Of a stretch of 64,000 nt of DNA, positions 52,201-63,889 are shown piece by piece. A program made the translations under genes and the position numbers. Position 1 is the stretch's first letter, and each line of letters opens with the position of its first letter. The notes under the pieces were generated by a model that did no database searches, was not told the DNA's origin, and saw only the letters and a list, made by a program, of their open reading frames with translations. Source of the stretch: Haliotis rufescens (Eukaryota); contig NW_025963890.1 in assembly GCF_023055435.1 (NCBI RefSeq), forward strand, positions 43,648,001 to 43,712,000, read 5' to 3'.

Positions 52201-55200
52201 TTGGGCTGAGGATTGGTAAATAGCATTTGAACATATTTCATGAAACGTAAGATTAGTGCTAGTCCTGTTACTCGCCATGACGGAACAGCTTCTGCAACAT
52301 CAGTATGTATAGACAATGCTATGTGGTTACCGTTGACCTGCCATGACGTTACAGCTTCAACAACATCAATGTGTATAGACACTGTTATGTGTTTACCGTT
52401 AACCCGCTCAGACGTTACAGCTTCTACAACAGCAGTATGTATAGACAATGTTATGTGGTTACCGTTAACCCACACTGACGTTACAGCTTCTACAACAGCA
52501 GTATGTATAGACAATGTTATGTGGTTACCGTTAACCCACATTGACGTTACAGCTTCTACAACAGCAGTGTGACACACTGACCAGACTTGAGGAAAGTGCT
52601 CAAGTCTGGAACTTAAAATGGCTGATCATTTTGTTAGGACGTAGTATTTGTAGAGTTCCTTTTGTCAGAACGAAAGTTTGTGGATTTATACTTGAATGTG
52701 ATACATTTGAAAAGAATAAGAATCACCTTTATTGGATCCACATAATATTTTCTGTGACAAAAGTCAAGAAGAATGTGTCGTCTAACAAATTAAATCATTC
52801 TTCAATTTTACTTTAACTTTACCTTGTAGCAACCTTTGAAGTTCTTGCCGGTCAGGTGTGTAGCCTATTGATATAATTGCTAATTTATCCCATGTTTACA
52901 AGTCTACCGGTCTGGTTGGTAGGATAGGGTGTAGCATATTTTTGTATGGAAACCATCGAAGATTAGCGTCTCTTGAACATGGAAATGGAATTTGGTTATG
53001 TAGTTGCCATGTTTGTGTTCGCATATCATTTTCTAGTACATGTTGCCCTTTTCTGCAGTACTGATTAGTACAAGTATATGTAATAATTAAAGATCTATAG
53101 TGGCTACCTTTTGATTGTTTAAGAAGATATGTCAAATCGTAAGGTTGTACAGGATTCTCTTGTCTGTTTAGGTTATTCAGTATTATCTGAGGAGCACAAT
53201 GTTTTGATTCACCCTCTGTGTTCCAAACAATTTGCTTTTCATTCAACTTATTAACCCGTCTATCATATGTTAAAAACTGTCCTCATGCTTGGAGCAGTTC
53301 ACTTACATAATGTGCCCCTTTCCCATTTCACGTTCGTTAATAGCCCAGTTTTGATAGATTGTCATTTAACGTGTGACATTATCACTATTTGAAAGTGATT
53401 CATGAACACATTCTCATGATATAGTCGGAATCGTACAATCGACTCTGCTTTCAGTTTGGCATATTTAACCCTTCATCTATATTTAACCCCTGTGTTGATC
53501 TCAAATCACATTTTCCAGTTTATTTCCCCATATCAATATGAAACATTTACGTTAAAATTCTTCTATACGCGTATCTGGTGTGTTCGGGATAGACGAAAAC
53601 AAGATGTTTAAGTTTTGGAATAATAAGTAATTTAAATATACAGTTTCTGTCTAAAAGCGTGAGGTGGCGCGCTAACCAGATTGACATGAGAGTCTCACAT
53701 TTTCTGAGAGTATCTTATTATTTAGTTCAATCATGTCATGATCAAGGTTTAACATTATCCCAAGTAATTCAAATGTTTTCTGATCCAAGTTAGGTCTCCA
53801 TTTCTGACACAGGTTCGTTCGTGAAAATTTTATCGACCCTATCCAAATAAGTATAGCTTTATCAGTATTTACTCCAGAGAAACGGGCAAAAGAACCCGTT
53901 AAGTCTTGTAGCACTGGTTATGGGCAGCAATCCTTACCATCTCGTGTTCAAGTGGTATCTTCAGCAAACTGATTTAAGAGGTATTCAATATTACCAACAG
54001 TAATTCCCTTTACTTCGGTGTCATTACGTATCATTATAACGAGAATTGCCGGTGAGATTGGGTCCCTTTGATGACAACCCCTGAAAATAACACAAGTCGG
54101 AGATCCAAAGACATTTGCAAAGACATCTGATGAAAATCAGTCATCCATATTTTATTGAATCGCCGAAGTGAACGAAAGTGAGCATTTGTTTCTGTACAGG
54201 TCCCATCGTTCGTGTCGAAAGCTTTTCCAAAAGGCTAGGAAATCGGTATGAATGAATTGCTAGACATCAAGATTTTTTGGTCTTCATTTATTAAAAAAAC
54301 ATTCCGCAGTAAACCTGTCAGAAGCTGAAGATTTATGTATGCGAGAACTTCAAGTCAATCCTCCCCCAAGGTCAGATGCAGATTGTTTAGGTTACTCGGG
54401 AATATCAATATGTTTTAGTACAACTTCTATATTTATGTCCGAAACGTCCTGTTTAGAGTGGGACGGTCTGGTAGCCTAGTGGTTAAAGCGTTCGCTGGTC
54501 ACACCGAAGACCCGGATTCGATTCCCGACATGGGTACAATGAGTGAAGCCCATTTCTGGTGTCCCCCGCCGTGATATTGCTGGAATATTGCTAAAAGCGG
54601 CATAAAACCATACTCACTCACTCACTCCTGTTTAGAGTATAATGCTTTGTACGTTTTGCATAAGTCTTGCTGACATGTCCTATCCCCAAATTGTACATAG
54701 ATGTTAGAAGTCCAACGTTTCACACACAGTTTATTCAATAACCTTCAGATGACATTTCTTTCATTATTGACACATTTTCCTGAACCTCTGATGGTAGAAA
54801 TGTAATTATATCTGCGGTCACCCACTGGTGTCCCACTGGTAAACCCTCTGGTGGAAAGGAGCTGTTGACTCTTTTACGTGAAATACTCAATATTTTTAGC
54901 TGGCTGTTGGTACTTTTCAGGACTATTACCGGGTATCATGTGCTAGCTCACTGAGATACCAAGCCGCAGTTTAACATGGGTACTCCACTCAGACACGGTT
55001 TACTGACTCCGAGCCGACCAGTCCTGTGTCGTGCCGTTTATGCCCAGCGCTATCTTTTAACGTCTTTTGGTATGACGCCGCCAGTGTTCTCTGGAAGGAA
55101 ACATCTGTAGTGACCAAGCTCTAATTACAGTAACATGCACACACATGAAATTACTGACTTGAACTAACATTTGTACTGATACTTATATTGATATGTGCGA

Positions 55201-58200
55201 CCGCCTCCGTGGTCTAGTGGCATATCTTGAGCGTCGCCCTGAGAGCGGAAGGTCGGGAGTTCGATCCGGCCGGCCGCGTCATGCCAAAAGACGTTTAAAG
55301 ATGGTACTTGTTGTTTACTTGTCTGGCGCTCGGCATTAAGAGGCTGAAACAAGGACTGGTACGTTCGGAGTCAGTATACTGTGTCACCCCTTCTGTTTTT
55401 AACCACGCGATGACACACGGCAGCTACAACATTAAACTAATAACAAATTAACGCCATGTGTGTAGGCATTCAAATCTCATAAATTTATCAAGAATAGAAA
55501 CGAAACATATTATCCATGGTAAGAAATGTCACAATTGTGTTTTACTTTCAGAATGTACGCATGGATTTTATGGTGAATCCTGCAAGTACACATGTAGTGT
55601 TGGCTGCAGAGACCAGAAGAGATGTTCTCCTGTAACAGGGTTCTGTGAAGGTGGCTGTGGACACGGATGGCTCGGTGACAAATGTACGGAGAGTAAGTCC
55701 TTAAGTAATCTTTGAGAGTACTGTAGTGACACAACCAATAGTATTGCAATACTGCATTCATGTTCAATGCACAATGCAGCTCATTGTGCACGCTCTGCAC
55801 GCATAATGTGCTGCACAATGTGTCATCCAGATATGATTAACATGCATTTGCAATACATATTGAGACATTTCGATCAAATAACACAAATATAAGAAATACC
55901 TGTAGGTTGGAATGATTGGATACATGTATATGCATTGAATGGAGAAGATTATGATGGCAATTGATATTTCAAGGTTTTGTGCCGGAAGGTTTGATGTTTA
56001 GAGATGAATCTCCGTATTATTTATTGTTTCAGAGTGTCCTAACGGTACTTTTGGCGATCGCTGCAGTTCTCAATGCAACATCAACTGCGACAGTGGTGTA
56101 TGCAGCAATGTAAACGGCGAATGTTCTCAAGGCTGTGTTCCAGGATTCCAAGGATCACAATGCGATCAAGGTCAGATATTGATGTTTATGCAATGCATTT
56201 TATGAAGTAATGCTTTACGTACTAGTGTGTATGAATGTCTCATATTCTATACGGGAGAGAGGGGTGATGGCAATACAAAAGCGTTGACAATAAAACGATG
56301 TGTACCAGTATTTTGTCATACATTATATGTGATCTTGATGAAATTGTTTTTCCGAAGGATTAAAGTTCGAAACTTAAAAAAAAGCTATACAGTTTTACAA
56401 TGTCTGTTCACTTAGGACGCTACAAATTCATTGTCTTTGACGTGTTGATAGACGTGCAAGGCCGCTTAAATAAAAACATTGAGAATATGTTTTCTCTGGA
56501 ACACCTCTGCATCGCAATCGGGAAAATGAAAATGTATCGACATACATAAACTTTTCACTTTTAAACACATGGACACGAGTATAAAAACGCATATAACATA
56601 TTGTGTACATGGATGATTAAACTTGATTAGCGTATATGTAGCTACTCTATAATGGTCTATCGTTACAAATACTATGTACATGTCTTCAGCCTGCACGAAT
56701 GAAACGTACGGCCTGGGATGTAGGGAAAACTGCAGTGAAGGATGTCTGGATGGCGGATGCAGCGGGACGGACGGGACATGTCAGTGTCGTGACGGTTGGA
56801 GGGGAGACAGGTGTCATTTAGGTGAGTGGGATAGTAAAATACGCATGTGTTTGTTACTGTAATTAGTTTTAAAATATGAATGTTACGTTACAACTAATAG
56901 CCTTCACTCATGTTATGCCATTGATTTGGTCATTGTGGCATAGTGCTGATCTCTTGCCAGTCTTGCGTTCCCCTTGATCTGCTTTGCATTATTGCTCATC
57001 ATCGTTGAAGCCTCTATGACCTTACACTGAAACACACAGATCGTTTCCTATAACCGGTTTTGATATAGTTTCATTAACTCCTTAGAGAAATATAATGAAC
57101 ATTTTGTCTCATGTTCTGTGATTATTAAACTGTGTTTCTAAACATTTTTCGAAACAATCAAATTTCTATATAAGTAAACATTTCTGGAAATCAAAGAAAC
57201 TAGCACATCTCTATTTCCAAAGGTTCTGTGCGATTTGTCAAAAAGGAAAGCAACTGTCAACTGAAGTTTACTGAGAATATGTGAAATGTTGGATATTCTC
57301 AGAGATACCGTTTGTTGCTCGATAGATTCCATTCTCCTCCTTGTTGATGTGTGTCTTTAGGCTAATGAATCAAAATTTCTCTTCGTATTGGCACAATCAA
57401 AACACGTTAATTTGACCAAGAAGTTTATGTCGGGGATATCGTTGATCTAAGATATACACAAAGACAATAAGCTAAACATACTCCTATTTCTGAACCATAA
57501 CAAATGGCAAAAATCATGGTATGGGATGACTGACCACAGGAGCTGAGCGATACCAATGTCATCGGACAGAACAAACATTTGACAACAAATAAAGAAGATA
57601 TTGGTGAGATGTGATTGAAATTCACTAACAGAAACCACAGGGTAACACAGGTACTGTTCTTGATTTTAGACAATACCTAAAGAATACATGGAGCTGCAGG
57701 AGTAGCTGCAAAGTAAATGAGTTACGTTTGATGTTTCATATGAAAATGTTCCTTAAAGTCTCTACTTGACATGACACGTGAAACATATCAGTAGCGGGTA
57801 TAACCGCGACGTGCCCGGGTGACGCATTGCACCCTGCGTGTCATACCTCAAGTCAGACGTTGGGTCTGTTGATGGATCAGCCACACCCACTCCTGAAGCA
57901 ATGTTGCCTCCAAGTGGCGTAAATCCTGTACAGAAGGAACTCGTGCCTGTTTGCGTCGCCCCAAAATATCCCAAACATATTCAAGGGGGGTCAAATCTAG
58001 GCTCATTGCTGGCCAGGGTAGAGTTGTTATTGGATTGGCCCTCATGTAATCCACGACTGCATGCGAACGATGAGGCCTGGCATTGCCATCCATGTTCAGA
58101 GGTAGAGTAGCAAGAGGATGGTTGTCAAAATGAGGAACGACGACTGGCCTCCAAAACGTCCCGGATGTACTAAGCCCCTGTTAAGTTGCCCCCTATGGTG

Positions 58201-61200
58201 ACCAAATCCAATCTGCAATCATGAGAGATACACCCCTAAACCATTACCGAGCACCCGCCATATGCAACAGTCGGTTTAATGTTTCTTGGGATGTAGGCCG
58301 TGTCCCGGTGCCTCCAAACTCTCGTTCTTCCATCAGTGACATGGACCAAAGCGACTTTCGTCTGACCAATGGATCCATCTCCAAGTTCTCAGATTCCAGT
58401 TCCAGCAATACACCATGCTAAACGAGCACTTTGTGTTGATCTCCCAACAAGGGACGCTTTGTGACTCGTCTAGCCCACAGTTCTGCTGCTTTCAGCCGGT
58501 TCCAGGCGGTTCTGGTGCTGAAACGACGATTGAGCAACCATAGCTGTTTCAGACGAGTACTTGTTAAAAAGGGTTCTCGGCGTATGAGATGAAGAAGGTC
58601 CCTGTCTTCGCGATGTTTCATCACAGGAGGTCTTCCGGATCTGGGACGGTCCTGTACATCACCGATCTGAGCACGTTCCTCGACAAAACGACACTGTGAT
58701 GATACCCAAAATTCCGACCAATGGCATTACAAGACATTCCTGCGTTATGCATGCCAAGGTCACAAAATGTCATGAATAACTGTTTAAAACCGAGCTTAAG
58801 GAAGCAATTTTAACGTTTGGCTATACTGCTTTTAGAGGTACTCCAAGGGTAGCATGCTGCACAAGCATACCATGCATGGCTTGTGAGCTTTCGTCACGCA
58901 TGACTGATTACACCATCTCAAGAAAACATAATTCTTCCCATAATTATATCTTTCATGACTGTTACAAATATTAGGGTGTGTTAATATTTGTCTTTGTGTA
59001 CAATTCAATTCTGACCAAATAGCCAATTCCATGCTATTGATTTGCCCACCTGAACTAGAAATAGAAGACACCAGTGACACTGCCTCATCTGATCTATGCG
59101 TAAACAGTCAGAGTGACAAGGAAACTATCCACAAGACTGTATGACAAGAGGGATGGAAAACAATATTCCAGCAGATGCAGTCTTAATTTTTGCTGCGTAA
59201 ATGTCACAACTTTTGACGTACCATTGAGCATGAGCTCTCCACGAAGATTTCAAAGAGCTCATACGCCCCTTGTTTAAAGGTTATATAATTTTAGAGTTAA
59301 AGCATCCAGGGCATTATAATGCTTAAAAAGCATCATGATGGACATGACAGTATGTGTAGCTCGCATATCGTTGTATTTATATCTGATTAATAATAGTCTA
59401 TCATAATTCCATAAGGAATTGCTTAAGTATCACAACATTGAATGTTATATGTTTTGTTAATTCAAATGTATGCAAAGGTGAGATGAAAAAGAATATCTGT
59501 CTGTTTGTCTGTAATTATATCAGTGTCTGATACACTTAGCCTAAATACAGTGTACCTCAATGTCTCCAGACTGTGAGCCAGGATTCTATGGCCCCGGCTG
59601 TGCAGTGTCCTGCAGTCCGAACTGTGCAGGTACAAGGTGCGGAAGGTCGACCGGGCTGTGCTCCAGCTGCCAGTCAGGGTGGACGGGAGAAACATGTCAG
59701 CAAGGTAATCAATACCGCGGGTAGCTGTTGTCACCGTTTCAATGTTTATTATCAGATTTACAGGGCATTTTTACATTTTAGATTCAATAAATTTTGATCA
59801 TTTTTTAAAAATATATATGATATGGACTCTTCGCTTTCTCAACAATAAACATCAAAATTTGTATATTTTATTTGAAGAAAAAGGAATAACTGAATAAGGA
59901 ATCCAGATCCAAACGAAATCCGGCAGCGGTTTCACTGTAGTCCTTCATCTCGGCTTCTTTCTCAATTCAGTTTCCGTATACGTATTTGGAATTAGAACAT
60001 GCGGTGAAGATGGATAGAATGTGTTGGAACATATTTAATGATGTTTTATATGCAAATGATGGTATGGAGATGTAAAGATGAATGCTGTGTGGAAAGTGGG
60101 GTGCTCGGCATTGTGTTGTTCAGTTGAATATCGAAAACGAAACACGGTAGCGCTTCTTGTCATTTTCTAGCTCGACCTCTTATTCAATAACAATTTTCGA
60201 TTACATTTGAATGCAAGCTATTTGGCTGATGATTGGTAAATAGCATTTGAACACATTTTGTGAAATGTAATATGAGTGTTGCGCCTTGACGTTACAGCTT
60301 CTACAACAGGAGTATTGATAGACAATGTTATATATGCCGTTAACCCGCCATAATGTTACAGCTTCTACAACAGCAGTATGTATAGACGGTGTAATGTGTT
60401 TGCCGTTAACCCGCCCTGACGTGACATCTTCTACAATAGCAGTGTGTATACACAATGTTGTGTGTTTACCGTTAACCCGCCATAACGGTACAGCTTCCAC
60501 AACAGCAGTATGTATAGACAGAGTTATGTTGTTACTGTTCACCGTTAAAATTACCTTTATTGGTTCCACATAACATTTTCTGTGACAAAAATTAAGAAAA
60601 ATGTGTTGCTGACAAATTAAATCGTACTTTAACTAAAACCTTGGAGCTAACTTTGAAGTTCTTGCCAGATAGGTGTGTAGTCTTTTCTTTAGCATCAATA
60701 TTATTACCAGTGTATCCCATGTTAACAAATTTACCGTTGGTTGGTAGAAGAGGGTGTAGGATATTTTTGTATTGAAACCATTGAAGATTTGCTTCTCTTG
60801 AACATGAAAATGGAATATATGGTTATGTAGTTGTCATGTTTGTATTTGCATATCATTTTCTAGCATAATTAAGTTGCCATTTGCTGCAGTACTGATAAGA
60901 ACAAGTATATTTAATAATTAAAGATCTATAGTGGCCACCTTTTGATTGTTAATGAAGATATGTCAAACTGTAATGTTTTGATTGAGCTTGATTGATTCTC
61001 CCCCTGTGTTCTAAATAATTGCTTTTTCATTCCACTTACTTACACATCTCTTATATGATAATAACTGTCCTCATGCCTGGAGCAGGCCATTCACTTGACG
61101 TGCCCCTTTCTCTTTTTATTTTGGGTAGTAGCCCAGTTTTGATAGATTGTCCTTGCGTTGTGTGAGTGAGTGAATTTGGTTTAACGCCGCTTTTAACAGT

Positions 61201-63626
61201 ATTCAAGTTATATCACGGCATGTCGACCTTATGTGGGAGTAAAGCCCGAAGTGATGCAGTGCTCATACGTTTACCACTTCGGTGAAACCCTAGAGCACAG
61301 GGTCCTTGCACATGTGGCATTATCAATATTTGAAAGTGATTCATGAATACATACTCATGATATAGTCGGAATCGTACAATCGACTCTGCTTCGAGTTTGG
61401 CATATTTAAACCACATCTTTTATCTTTGATGTGTTGATCTCCGGTTTTTTTCTCCATATAAATCTGAAAAATTTACTTTGAAATTCTTCTATACACATGT
61501 ACGTGTATCTGCTGTGTTCGGGATAGACGAAAACAAGATGTTTTAGTTTTGGAATAATAAATGAGTTTAATATACAGTTTCTGTCTAAAAGCATGAGGTT
61601 GCGTGCTAACCAGGACTTAAGAGTCTCACATTTTCTGAGAGTATCATTATTTTTTAGTTCAATTATGTCAAGATCTAGGTTAAATATCATCCCAAGTGAT
61701 TCAAATGTTTTCTCATCCAAGTTAAGTCTCCATTTCTGACACAGGTTCGTTCTTGAATATGTTGTCGAGCCTATCCAAATAATTATAGCTTTATCAGTAT
61801 TTTCTTTCGATCTCGAGAAACGGGTAAAAAGATGTTGCAGCGCTGTTTGTAGGCAGCGTTCCTGACCATCTAGTGTATAAATAGTATCAGTAGCAAATTG
61901 ACTTATAATTAAGAGGTAATCAATATTACAAACAGTAATGACCTTTACTTCGGCATCATTATGATCATTATAACTAGAATTTCCTATGTGTGGGTCCCTT
62001 TGACGGCAACCCCTGAAAATAACACAAGCCTTAGATTTGTCATTTGCAAGGACACCGCCACTGTGGTCCAGTGGTATATCTCCAGCATCAACCCGGAGAT
62101 AGGGAGGTAGGGAGTTTTACCCCGGCCGCGTCACACCAAAATACGTTTAAAGATGGTACTTGTTAACGCTTGGCATTAAGAGGCTGAAACAAGGACTGGT
62201 CGGTTCGGAGTCAGTTTACTGTGTCACCCCTTCTGTTTTTAACCACGCGATGACACACAGCAGCTACAGCATCAAACTAATAACAAGCCAACGTCATGTG
62301 TTTGGCATTTTAATCTCATAAATGAAACGAAACATATTATCCATGGTAAGGAATGTCACAATTGTGTTTTACTTTCAGAATGTACACAGGGATTATATGG
62401 TGAATCCTGCAAGTACACATGTAGTGTTGGCTGCAGAGACCAGAAGAGATGTTCTCCTGTAACAGGGTTCTGTGAAGGTGGCTGTGGGCACGGATGGCTC
62501 GGTGACAAATGTACAGAAAGTAAGTCCTTAAGTAATCGTTGAGAGTACTGTAGTGACTGAACCAATGCTGCATTCATATTCCATGCATTATGCAGCTCAT
62601 GATGCATGCTCTGCACGCGGAATGTGCTGTACAATGTGTCATCCAGATGTGATTAACATGCATTTGCAAAACAAATTTAGACATTTCGAACAAATAACAC
62701 AAATATAAGAAATACCTGTAGGATGGAATGATTGGATACATGTGTATGCATTGAATGGAGATGTTCATGCTGGAAATGGATTTTTCAAGTATTTCCCCGG
62801 AAAGTTTGATGATTAGAGATAAATCTCCGTATTCTTTATTGTTTCAGAGTGTCCTAACGGAACTTTTGGCGATCGCTGTAGCTCTCAATGCAACATCAAC
62901 TGCGACAGTGGTGTATGCAACAATGTAAACGGCGAGTGTTCTCAAGGCTGTGTTCCAGGATTCCAAGGATCACAATGCGATCAAGGTCAGATACTGATGT
63001 TGATGCATTGCATCATATGAAGTAAGACTTTACGTACTAGTGTGTATGAATGTGTTATAATCTATAGGGGAGAGAGTGTGATGGCAGTACAATAGCGTTT
63101 ATAATGAAACGATGTGTACCAGTATTTTGTCATAAATTATATGTGATCTTGATGAAATTGTTTTTCCGAAAGATTAAAGTTTTAAACTTAATAACAGTTA
63201 CTTTACAGTTTTTCAGTGTCTTTTCACGTTCATCTTTGACGTGTCGATAGACGTGCAAGGCCGCATAAAAAAAACTTTGAGAATATATTTTCTCTGGAAC
63301 ACCTCTGCATCGCAATCGGGAAAATGAAAATGTGTCGACATACATAAACCTTTCACTCGCTAAACACATGGACACGAGTATTAATACGCATTATATTGTG
63401 TACATGCATTATTAAACTTGATTATCGTACATGTGGCTACTCAGTACAATGCTATAATGGTCTATTGTTACAAATTATATGTACATGTCTTCAGCCTGCA
63501 CGAATGAAACGTACGGCCTGGGATGTAGGGAAAACTGCAGTGAAGGATGTCTGGATGGCGAATGCGGCGGGACGAACGGGACATGTCAGTGTCGTGACGG
63601 CTGGAGGGGAGACACGTGCCATTTAG
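34050..63626 (+). CDS. MEGF10/SREC-like multiple-EGF protein with two N-terminal galactose-binding/F-type-lectin-like domains; 3' end lies beyond the window (at least 842 aa)
   Basis: 17 exons joined by phase-1 introns, stop-free when spliced: 34050-34107, 42763-42897, 43405-43587, 44533-44727, 45469-45708, 47275-47478, 49006-49143, 49460-49597, 51362-51502, 51725-51862, 55552-55692, 56033-56170, 56690-56821, 59570-59704, 62379-62519, 62848-62985, 63495-63626. Confidence 0.87.
34680..35300. repeat. Degenerate TGTCG/TGATG low-complexity satellite
   Basis: Recurrent 8-nt-like TGATGTCG / TGTTGTCG units. Confidence 0.8.
36420..37915 (+). mobile_element. 5'-truncated decayed L1/Tx1-clade LINE (ORF2 C-terminal part)
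   Basis: Frameshifted ORFs reading KTLALS..FIWN.KRDKIKR..L......GGL and ESLLHVYLDCKHVKEFW (zf-RVT-like); A-rich tail. Confidence 0.85.
38727..38889 (-). mobile_element. SINE family B
   Basis: TSD ACATGAGAGATG. Confidence 0.9.
39724..39761 (-). ncRNA. Putative minimal hammerhead ribozyme (U3-A8 core variant)
   Basis: Minus strand GC-TTGACAA-C-GGTATA(AAGATC)TATACC-GAAAC-GTC-GC. Confidence 0.5.
40209..40288. repeat. (CA)n microsatellite
   Basis: About 40 perfect units. Confidence 0.97.
41480..41660 (+). mobile_element. Possible decayed Gypsy gag fragment
   Basis: LKHLIFDE*FKMCTP..VKVYLDEQ..KAAEL resembles Gypsy gag LILLEEFK.C....YLDEQ..AA.L, recalled from memory. Confidence 0.4.
42763..42897 (+). 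CDS. Lectin-EGF gene exon: N-terminal EGF-like repeat
   Basis: CHCKNNNECNRDTGDCGRSSCEHGWMGPSCQY; canonical splice sites. Confidence 0.88.
43040..43290 (+). mobile_element. Decayed Penelope-like RT fragment
   Basis: IPMGFNCA, DLFRYAYEAEF and FNRSFRNTD resemble GIPMG.NCAP, DLFLY.YE.EF and FRYIDD of Penelope-like RTs. Confidence 0.6.
43405..44727 (+). CDS. Two exons (43405-43587, 44533-44727) encoding a divergent galactose-binding-like domain
   Basis: VNLAAGG...LNDGRDNTCS and CERPI...ANICEVRING resemble the NLA / DG..TC / CEV hallmarks of F-type lectin-like folds. Confidence 0.7.
45469..47478 (+). CDS. Two exons (45469-45708, 47275-47478) encoding an F-type lectin (fucolectin)-like domain
   Basis: NIAVKKPTNQTS...AVDGN...SCSLT...W.LNL...IRIYNR and LAGF...LALCEVQMF. 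Confidence 0.82.
46266..46637 (+). mobile_element. SINE family A
   Basis: 12-bp TSD TACTAGTTTCTG; small internal duplication in the head. Confidence 0.92.
46985..47262 (+). mobile_element. SINE family C, degenerate, abutting a splice acceptor (other fragments at about 34505-34660, 45777-45900, 61162-61300)
   Basis: TCGAATCCCGGTTCGCAC..GATTATGTTT, AAAGCGGTGTTGAAAC and (ACTC)n. Confidence 0.75.
47752..47968 (-). mobile_element. SINE-like family D, 5'-truncated
   Basis: AATCGAGTCTGGACCAGACAATCCAGTG match. Confidence 0.85.
47978..48154 (-). mobile_element. SINE family B
   Basis: Reverse-complement match with (GAGT)n tail. Confidence 0.85.
49006..49597 (+). CDS. Two EGF exons (49006-49143, 49460-49597)
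   Basis: 138-nt phase-1 exons with the MEGF10-type C..G.FG.NC...C..C cysteine spacing. Confidence 0.9.
49176..49365. repeat. 98-bp intronic tandem duplication
   Basis: CAAATGATACCGTTTGCGTTGAAATTTC... at 49176 and 49274. Confidence 0.9.
51009..51192 (+). mobile_element. SINE family A, 3'-truncated (paralogous copies at 55200-55383 and 62055-62223)
   Basis: The same truncation point precedes exon A in all three cassette copies. Confidence 0.85.
51362..51862 (+). CDS. EGF exons A1 (51362-51502) and B1 (51725-51862), cassette copy 1
   Basis: CTQGFYGESCKYTCSVGC... and CPNGTFGDRCSSQC...; intact splice sites. Confidence 0.88.
52270..52570. repeat. 66-bp tandem repeat (about 4.5 copies; paralogue at 60285-60530)
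   Basis: GACGTTACAGCTTCTACAACAGCAGTATGTATAGACAATGTTATGTGGTTACCGTTAACCC.. repeated; 22-aa periodicity in the ORF track. Confidence 0.9.
53500..54420 (-). mobile_element. Decayed L1/Tx1-like RT fragment (paralogues at about 50390-50600 and 61440-62050)
   Basis: Remnants of RGCxQGDP, QFADD and LGI motifs; ILNSFIIPKL..FFRFIW in the third copy. Confidence 0.75.
54460..54625 (+). mobile_element. SINE family B inserted in an L1 remnant
   Basis: 13-bp TSD TCCTGTTTAGAGT. Confidence 0.9.
54940..55080 (-). mobile_element. SINE family A internal fragment
   Basis: GCTAGCTCACTGAGATACC...ACTGACTCCGAGCCGACCAGTCC match. Confidence 0.75.
55552..59704 (+). CDS. EGF exons A2 (55552-55692), B2 (56033-56170), C2 (56690-56821), D2 (59570-59704), cassette copy 2
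   Basis: Four symmetrical phase-1 cysteine-rich exons with intact splice sites. Confidence 0.88.
57780..58800 (-). mobile_element. Decayed Tc1/mariner transposase
   Basis: GNARPH...LPWPAMSLDLTPLEYVWDILGRR (DDE end) and REDR..RREPF..STRT..NRL (HTH), broken by frameshifts. Boundaries approximate. Confidence 0.85.
59030..59300 (+). mobile_element. Decayed Penelope-like RT fragment
   Basis: PPELEIEDTSDTASS..DL and KLSTRLYDKRD motifs. Confidence 0.6.
62379..63626 (+). CDS. EGF exons A3 (62379-62519), B3 (62848-62985), C3 (63495-63626), cassette copy 3
   Basis: Near-identical to the A, B and C exons upstream; intact splice sites. Confidence 0.88.
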
Positions 63627-63889
63627 GTGGGTGGGATTGGAAAATACGCACGTGCTTGTTATTGTAATTTGTTATAAGATATAAATGTTACGTAACAACC
63701 AATAGCCTTAACTCGTCATGTCAGCGTTTTGGTCATTGTAGCATAGTGCTGATCTTTTGTCAGTCTCTCGTTTCTCTCGACCTGCTTGGACTATTGCACA
63801 TCAACGCTGAAGTCCCCATGCTCCTACACCGAAACACAAATTTCGATTCCTATAACGGGTTTTGATATAGTTTCTTTTGCTATATACCC

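Noticed and set aside
56798-56812. RGD tripeptide in EGF exons C2 and C3
   Set aside because: It falls on the GW.G..C consensus of the repeat and is easily produced by chance; nothing indicates an exposed integrin-binding loop.
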